This document shows positions 46,758-50,816 of a stretch of DNA of 50,816 nucleotides, piece after piece. The position numbers and the translations under genes are program-made. Position 1 is the first letter of the stretch. Every line of letters begins with the position of its first letter. Location of the stretch: positions 1 to 50,816 of the forward strand of contig JANRLX010000118.1 in NCBI GenBank assembly GCA_033762115.1, in the 5' to 3' direction. The DNA comes from Verrucomicrobiota bacterium. Its GTDB lineage: Bacteria > Verrucomicrobiota > Verrucomicrobiia > Limisphaerales > SXQI01. A model generated the notes under the pieces. The model did not search any database. It was not told the DNA's origin and was given only the letters and a program-made list of their open reading frames with translations.

Positions 46758-47132
46758 AAGCTTTTTTCCTTCCTTTGTTACAATCTATCAGTTTGGCAGG
46801 AAAAACAGCAACCAGCCCTCTTACTGTTTTTAATTTCAGGCGTATGCCCCCAGCCTATAGGGGAAACTCTCAATTCCGCTTCCATCCCGATGTGCAAAAG
46901 GATAGTAGTGCACAACAGAATTTCCCCATAAGAGACCATACATCCATTACGGAAGCACAATTCCTTTCAGATGTAAATATCTTTTTATTCTGTTTCTTTG
47001 ATAGAAACAGGAAGCCCAAAGCAGAAAATAAAAGGTTTGGAAAGCTGGGAGCGCAGTTCTGCAATTTGCTCATCAATCGCCTGGGATTCCCTTGTTCTTG
47101 CAAATGAAGCTAACTGCACGTAAGAGCTCTCT

Positions 47133-48113
47133 TTGGTGACATACCCCATCGCCCCTGCCTCATCCTTTGTCAATGTTGCGGTCCATCGCTCGTTTAATAC
47201 AGACCAATGGCAGCAGGAACTGCTGAGTTCGTTTCGGACAAGACGGATCAACCATCGATTTCTTTACGAATCTCCCAAGCAAGCCGCCAGATGGCTCGCC
47301 TTGCATGAGGCCTGTTCCCCTTCCCGGTTCGATCCTGCCTGCCAGGAAATTTATCAGGAAGCTTTCAACTTTGTGGGGCAATGCAGAATGAATTTCGATG
47401 CCGTCATTTCGCTCGGTTCTGGCGGGGGGCAAAAAGATGCTGTTCTAATCGATAGTTTGCATCGGGCTGGTGTGGGGATAAACTATTACCAGCCAGTGGA
47501 TGTCAGTATTGCCCTGCTTCTGGAATCGACAAAAGCAGTTCAAAATAAAGTGAAGCTTGAATCGAAGCCGTTGCTCATGGCGCTGTCATCCAGAGAAACT
47601 CCGCAAGCCGCGGCTCCTGTTAATTCCAATCTCTTGCTGGCCTTTGGATTATTGCCGAACTTTGAACCGAACGATATTTTCAAATCCCTTAAAACCTGGG
47701 TTCGCAAAGGGGATCTCCTGCTCGTCAGCGCCAACCTCGCTCCAGGAGAAGATTATGCAGCAGGAGTGCAACGAGTTTTTCCCGGCTATGACAATGGATA
47801 TACCAGGGAGTGGCTGACCGGGTTTTTGGTGGATGCGGGATTTGAACGAGAAGATGGCGAATGGCGTTTCCAGATCAGGAATGTGAACGATCTCCTTCGA
47901 ATCGAGGCTGTCTGGGAGATAAGGCAGGAAAGACAATTCACCCTTTTCGGAGAGCTTTTCCAATTCAATCCAGGGGACTCAATTCAAGTGTTCTATTCGT
48001 ATCGATATACCCTGAGGCGTTTTACTGATTGGGCAGAACGATACGGCTTTGCTCTCGAAGGTTCCTGGATTACTCCCTCCGGCGAGGAAGGAGTGTTTCT
48101 CCTCAGAAGCTGA
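47133..48113 (+). CDS. EgtD-like SAM-dependent methyltransferase (Methyltransf_33), divergent
   Basis: SLGSGGGQK, YQPVDVS, PNFEP, YDN, and GDSIQVFYSYRY resembling the EgtD C-terminus. Start uncertain. Confidence 0.75.
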   Translation: MVTYPIAPASSFVNVAVHRSFNTDQWQQELLSSFRTRRINHRFLYESPKQAARWLALHEACSPSRFDPACQEIYQEAFNFVGQCRMNFDAVISLGSGGGQKDAVLIDSLHRAGVGINYYQPVDVSIALLLESTKAVQNKVKLESKPLLMALSSRETPQAAAPVNSNLLLAFGLLPNFEPNDIFKSLKTWVRKGDLLLVSANLAPGEDYAAGVQRVFPGYDNGYTREWLTGFLVDAGFEREDGEWRFQIRNVNDLLRIEAVWEIRQERQFTLFGELFQFNPGDSIQVFYSYRYTLRRFTDWAERYGFALEGSWITPSGEEGVFLLRS

Positions 48114-48117
48114 TCAT

Positions 48118-48522
48118 TCACGGATTCAGCGTGATTTTTTGCCAGGGAATTCCAGATTTTTCCGCAAATTTGGCCAGGACTCGCTCATGTTCGATCAAAA
48201 CCGCGCGGACGACGCTGGAATCATCAGCATGCCCAATGTCCGGAACTGAATCGGGGATCAGGTCAAGTTGGCGATGGGCATAAATGACGGCAAAAGTAGC
48301 TGCTGCAACAGTGGTGAAGGGAAGTTCGTTTGCTTTGCCTTCGGCAAAATCCTCCACCACATTGGAGAGGAAATTCAGTTGCTCTGCGAGGTGGGGAAAC
48401 TTTGGCGCATCAATCTGGGCAAACTCCACCTTGAGAATCGGCAGTTTGCGATTTACCCCCTGCAGGATCTGCGGCGTGATTTTTGACGCCCCCCGATGCA
48501 CAAAATGAACGATTTCAGACAT
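48118..48522 (-). CDS. YkvA/DUF1232 family protein
   Basis: IYAHRQLDLIPDSVPDIGHADD corresponds to the Y...DLIPD....G..DD signature. Confidence 0.85.
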   Translation of the reverse strand: MSEIVHFVHRGASKITPQILQGVNRKLPILKVEFAQIDAPKFPHLAEQLNFLSNVVEDFAEGKANELPFTTVAAATFAVIYAHRQLDLIPDSVPDIGHADDSSVVRAVLIEHERVLAKFAEKSGIPWQKITLNP

Positions 48523-48768
48523 GCAGGCATTGTGGGGCAAGCACAGGGACATTGACAAGCATGCAACCTCCTAATGGAGCGGCATGGAAAAACGGATGAG
48601 ATTTCGAAATCTGATAGTTGATGGAACTGGTTCAGGGATAGCGCATGTCACGCCGGATGAGCGGGAGGCAAAAAAAGTGCGTGGGGTCTTTTCATTTGAC
48701 GCTCCTGTGAAGCCGCTCGTAAGGTAAGGCGTAGTCGAGCAGAATGGGCGTTCTGAGGACAAGAATGT

Positions 48769-48990
48769 ATGCCGGAAGGATATTGCGTTAAATGCAAAGC
48801 CAAGAAGGAGATTGCCGATGCGGTCGAGGAACTGATGAAGAACGGCCGCAAAGCGATCAAGGGCAAGTGTCCAACCTGTGGCGTGGTCATGTTCAAAATC
48901 CTTGGAGGAAAAGCAACCACGGCCGAGTCCGGATCATCTTCTTCTGAACCCCAAAATCCCGCTGGTTCATCCGCGGCTTCGACGAAGTAA
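48769..48990 (+). CDS. DUF5679 zinc-ribbon protein
   Basis: YCVKCK...MKNGR.AIKGKCPTCG.MFKI; GAGGA RBS; upstream TTGACG-18-TAAGGT. Confidence 0.82.
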   Translation: MPEGYCVKCKAKKEIADAVEELMKNGRKAIKGKCPTCGVVMFKILGGKATTAESGSSSSEPQNPAGSSAASTK

Positions 48991-48996
48991 ACCATT

Positions 48997-50169
48997 ATGT
49001 CCCAGGAACTTGCTTACGCAATTATCACGCCGTACTCACTGCACAAATCCCGCACTGGAGGAATTCTCGCACGATTGATCACCCGAACCGGGCTTGATCT
49101 TGTGGGAGCCCGAATGTTCGCCCCCAGCGCTGAACTGGTTAAGGAATATAGCCAGGCGATTGTCTCCGCCAATGACCCGCAGGACCGCCGAATCCAGGAA
49201 TTGATTCGCGATTACATCCTGCACAACCTTTCCCCTGATCCAAAAACCGGCAACCGCCGCCGTTCAATGGTTCTCCTTTTCAAAGGAGAGGATGCAGTCC
49301 GCAAAGTTCGTGGCGTGATTGGAAATATTTCCGCAGACCGCCGTGGCGGTGAAACGATCCGGGACACTTACGGTGACCTCATTCTGGATGAAAATGATCA
49401 GGTTCGCTATTTCGAACCCGCGGTGCTGGCAGCCCCGAACTGGGAGGAAGCTCAATTAAAGCTTAAGCTCTGGGCCAGGCATTCAGATACCGATGGCGGT
49501 ATTGTTGAAGGCACCATCTCGTATGGTGCGGGTGACAAGCCGCAACGCACTCTCGTATTGATCAAACCTGATAATTTCCGTTTCCCCACCGGACGCCCGG
49601 GGAATGTCATCGATTTCTTTTCCCGAACCGGTCTTTACATCGTTGGGATCAAGGTTCACCGCATGAGCGTGGCCCAGGCAGTGGAGTTTTACGGCCCGGT
49701 CCGGGAAGTTCTCCGCACAAAATTGACCGACATGGTTGCCTCCAAGGCAAAGGCAGCGCTCGAAAAGGAATTTGGTTTCCACATCGGCAGCCCTGAAGAA
49801 AAGCAACTCGGCCATATCCTTGGGCCGATCTATGGCGACAGCCAGTTCGATAACATCGTTAAATTCATGTCCGGCCGCACTCCCGGCGAATGTGATCAAA
49901 AAACATTGACCGCGCCTGGGACTGAAAAATGCATCGCGCTTGTTTACGAAGGTGTCGAAGCCGTAAGAAAAATCCGCGATGTTCTCGGGCCAACCGATCC
50001 TTCGAAAGCCCCTCCCGGCTCGATTCGCCGCGAATTCGGCCAAACGATCATGGTCAATGCCGCGCACGCCAGCGACTCAGAAGAGAATGCGCGTCGTGAG
50101 ATCGGCATTGTGAACGTGGCTGAGAATAGTTTTAAGAAAACGATCGAGGAGACGCTCGGGCAACTTTAA
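48997..50169 (+). CDS. ndk: Nucleoside-diphosphate kinase with two tandem NDK domains
   Basis: C-terminal domain TLVLIKPD...LGPTDP..APPGSIRREFG...NAAHASDS; N-terminal domain homologous (AYAIITPYS...AVRKVR..IG...TIRDTYG). Confidence 0.88.
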   Translation: MSQELAYAIITPYSLHKSRTGGILARLITRTGLDLVGARMFAPSAELVKEYSQAIVSANDPQDRRIQELIRDYILHNLSPDPKTGNRRRSMVLLFKGEDAVRKVRGVIGNISADRRGGETIRDTYGDLILDENDQVRYFEPAVLAAPNWEEAQLKLKLWARHSDTDGGIVEGTISYGAGDKPQRTLVLIKPDNFRFPTGRPGNVIDFFSRTGLYIVGIKVHRMSVAQAVEFYGPVREVLRTKLTDMVASKAKAALEKEFGFHIGSPEEKQLGHILGPIYGDSQFDNIVKFMSGRTPGECDQKTLTAPGTEKCIALVYEGVEAVRKIRDVLGPTDPSKAPPGSIRREFGQTIMVNAAHASDSEENARREIGIVNVAENSFKKTIEETLGQL

Positions 50170-50191
50170 CCGGAACTCGAATTTACCCCGC

Positions 50192-50217
50192 AAATGCCCC
50201 TTCGCTGGGGCATTTTT
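50192..50217 (+). terminator. Terminator between the convergent ndk and mutT genes
   Basis: AAATGCCCC-TTCGCT-GGGGCATTT followed by T's. Confidence 0.8.
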
Positions 50218-50623
50218 ATTTCCAAAGCCCAGGAAGCCCTTTCAGTTTGATGAGCAATTGAGCATCTGCGGCAGGAAATAGGTACTGATCCAGTTCAGAA
50301 GCAGTGATCCACGCCACTGCCTGGCAGCCCAGCGGAGCGGCCTCACCTTTGGTCAGGCTGCAAACATAAAACTGCAATCGAATGGTTTTTTCCGGGTAGG
50401 AGTGGGTAACGCTTTCGAGCAATGAACCAACTTCGACATCAATGCCAAGTTCTTCATTCAACTCGCGCCTGAGGCATTTTTCGAAGGTTTCATCCGGCTC
50501 GACTTTCCCCCCGGGAAATTCCCACAAGTCACCAAGATGATCGTGTGAATGGCGTTGGGTGATCAGCAGCCGACCTGAATGAAAAACCAATCCCGCTGCG
50601 ACATCAATCGGTTTCAAGGTCAA
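50216..50623 (-). CDS. mutT: 8-oxo-dGTP diphosphatase (Nudix)
   Basis: WEFPGGKVEPDET...LRRELNEELG Nudix box; FPAAD. Confidence 0.9.
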   Translation of the reverse strand: MTLKPIDVAAGLVFHSGRLLITQRHSHDHLGDLWEFPGGKVEPDETFEKCLRRELNEELGIDVEVGSLLESVTHSYPEKTIRLQFYVCSLTKGEAAPLGCQAVAWITASELDQYLFPAADAQLLIKLKGLPGLWK

Positions 50624-50816
50624 CGACCGATGCTCTTGTAGATAAAGCCGAGCCGTTCCATTTCAGCGACATCAAACAAGTTCCGTCCATCGAACATGAT
50701 CGGATGGGTCATCGATTTACGGGCCCGTTCCAGATCCAGCTTTTTGAACTGGCTCCACTCAGTGGCAATTACCAGGGCATCACAACCGTCAGGCACGGCA
50801 TCCATGTCATCAACAT
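50620..50816 (-). CDS. ugd: UDP-glucose 6-dehydrogenase, C-terminal fragment (cut by the window edge)
   Basis: DALVIATEW.QF...FDGRNL....GFIYKSIGR. Confidence 0.9.
   Translation of the reverse strand, partial: VDDMDAVPDGCDALVIATEWSQFKKLDLERARKSMTHPIMFDGRNLFDVAEMERLGFIYKSIGR

Noticed and set aside
46760..47100. c-di-AMP (ydaO) or c-di-GMP riboswitch
   Set aside because: Consensus elements not found; kept only as an unassigned structured leader.

Overview
Bacterial chromosomal window with no CRISPR array, rRNA, integrase or IS. The gene set and protein style (RHS type, exosortase, Ig/LVIVD proteins ending in an 'S-x-x-L-x-x-W...FYR' tail, tandem NDK) suggest Verrucomicrobiota, Pedosphaera/Limisphaera-like; this is an inference. 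Layout: (1) 1-2.9 kb, the end of an RHS polymorphic-toxin gene with an Ntox16-like Cys-rich tip, a candidate immunity gene and degraded RHS/orphan cassettes. (2) Housekeeping: galM, tyrA-aroA-cmk-plsC, a sugar-binding protein, a hybrid kinase, LysR, exosortase+TPR, xylA. (3) An accessory block around tRNA-Val: an Ig/LVIVD protein, a subtilase with every catalytic residue replaced, and a 1259-aa secreted protein. (4) DUF748, a receiver protein, nadA, GH9, mog, moaC, panB, a MacAB-type ABC exporter, a peroxiredoxin, an HsdR_N nuclease at tRNA-Phe, a sigma54-driven FecR-like gene, DUF362 and a TPR lipoprotein. (5) A stand-alone polysaccharide export pair in which a Wzc-like co-polymerase with a degenerate kinase is fused to an OPX/Wza domain and followed by a second, lipoprotein OPX; then a lysozyme-like gene with a structured leader, an EgtD-like gene, YkvA, DUF5679, tandem NDK, mutT and partial ugd. 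Best candidates for novelty: the Wzc-OPX fusion system, the catalytically dead subtilase/giant-protein operon, the hybrid kinase without its H-box His, and a strong Thr-Asn enrichment plus a shared C-terminal domain in exported proteins. All family calls come from motif recognition by eye; no searches were run.
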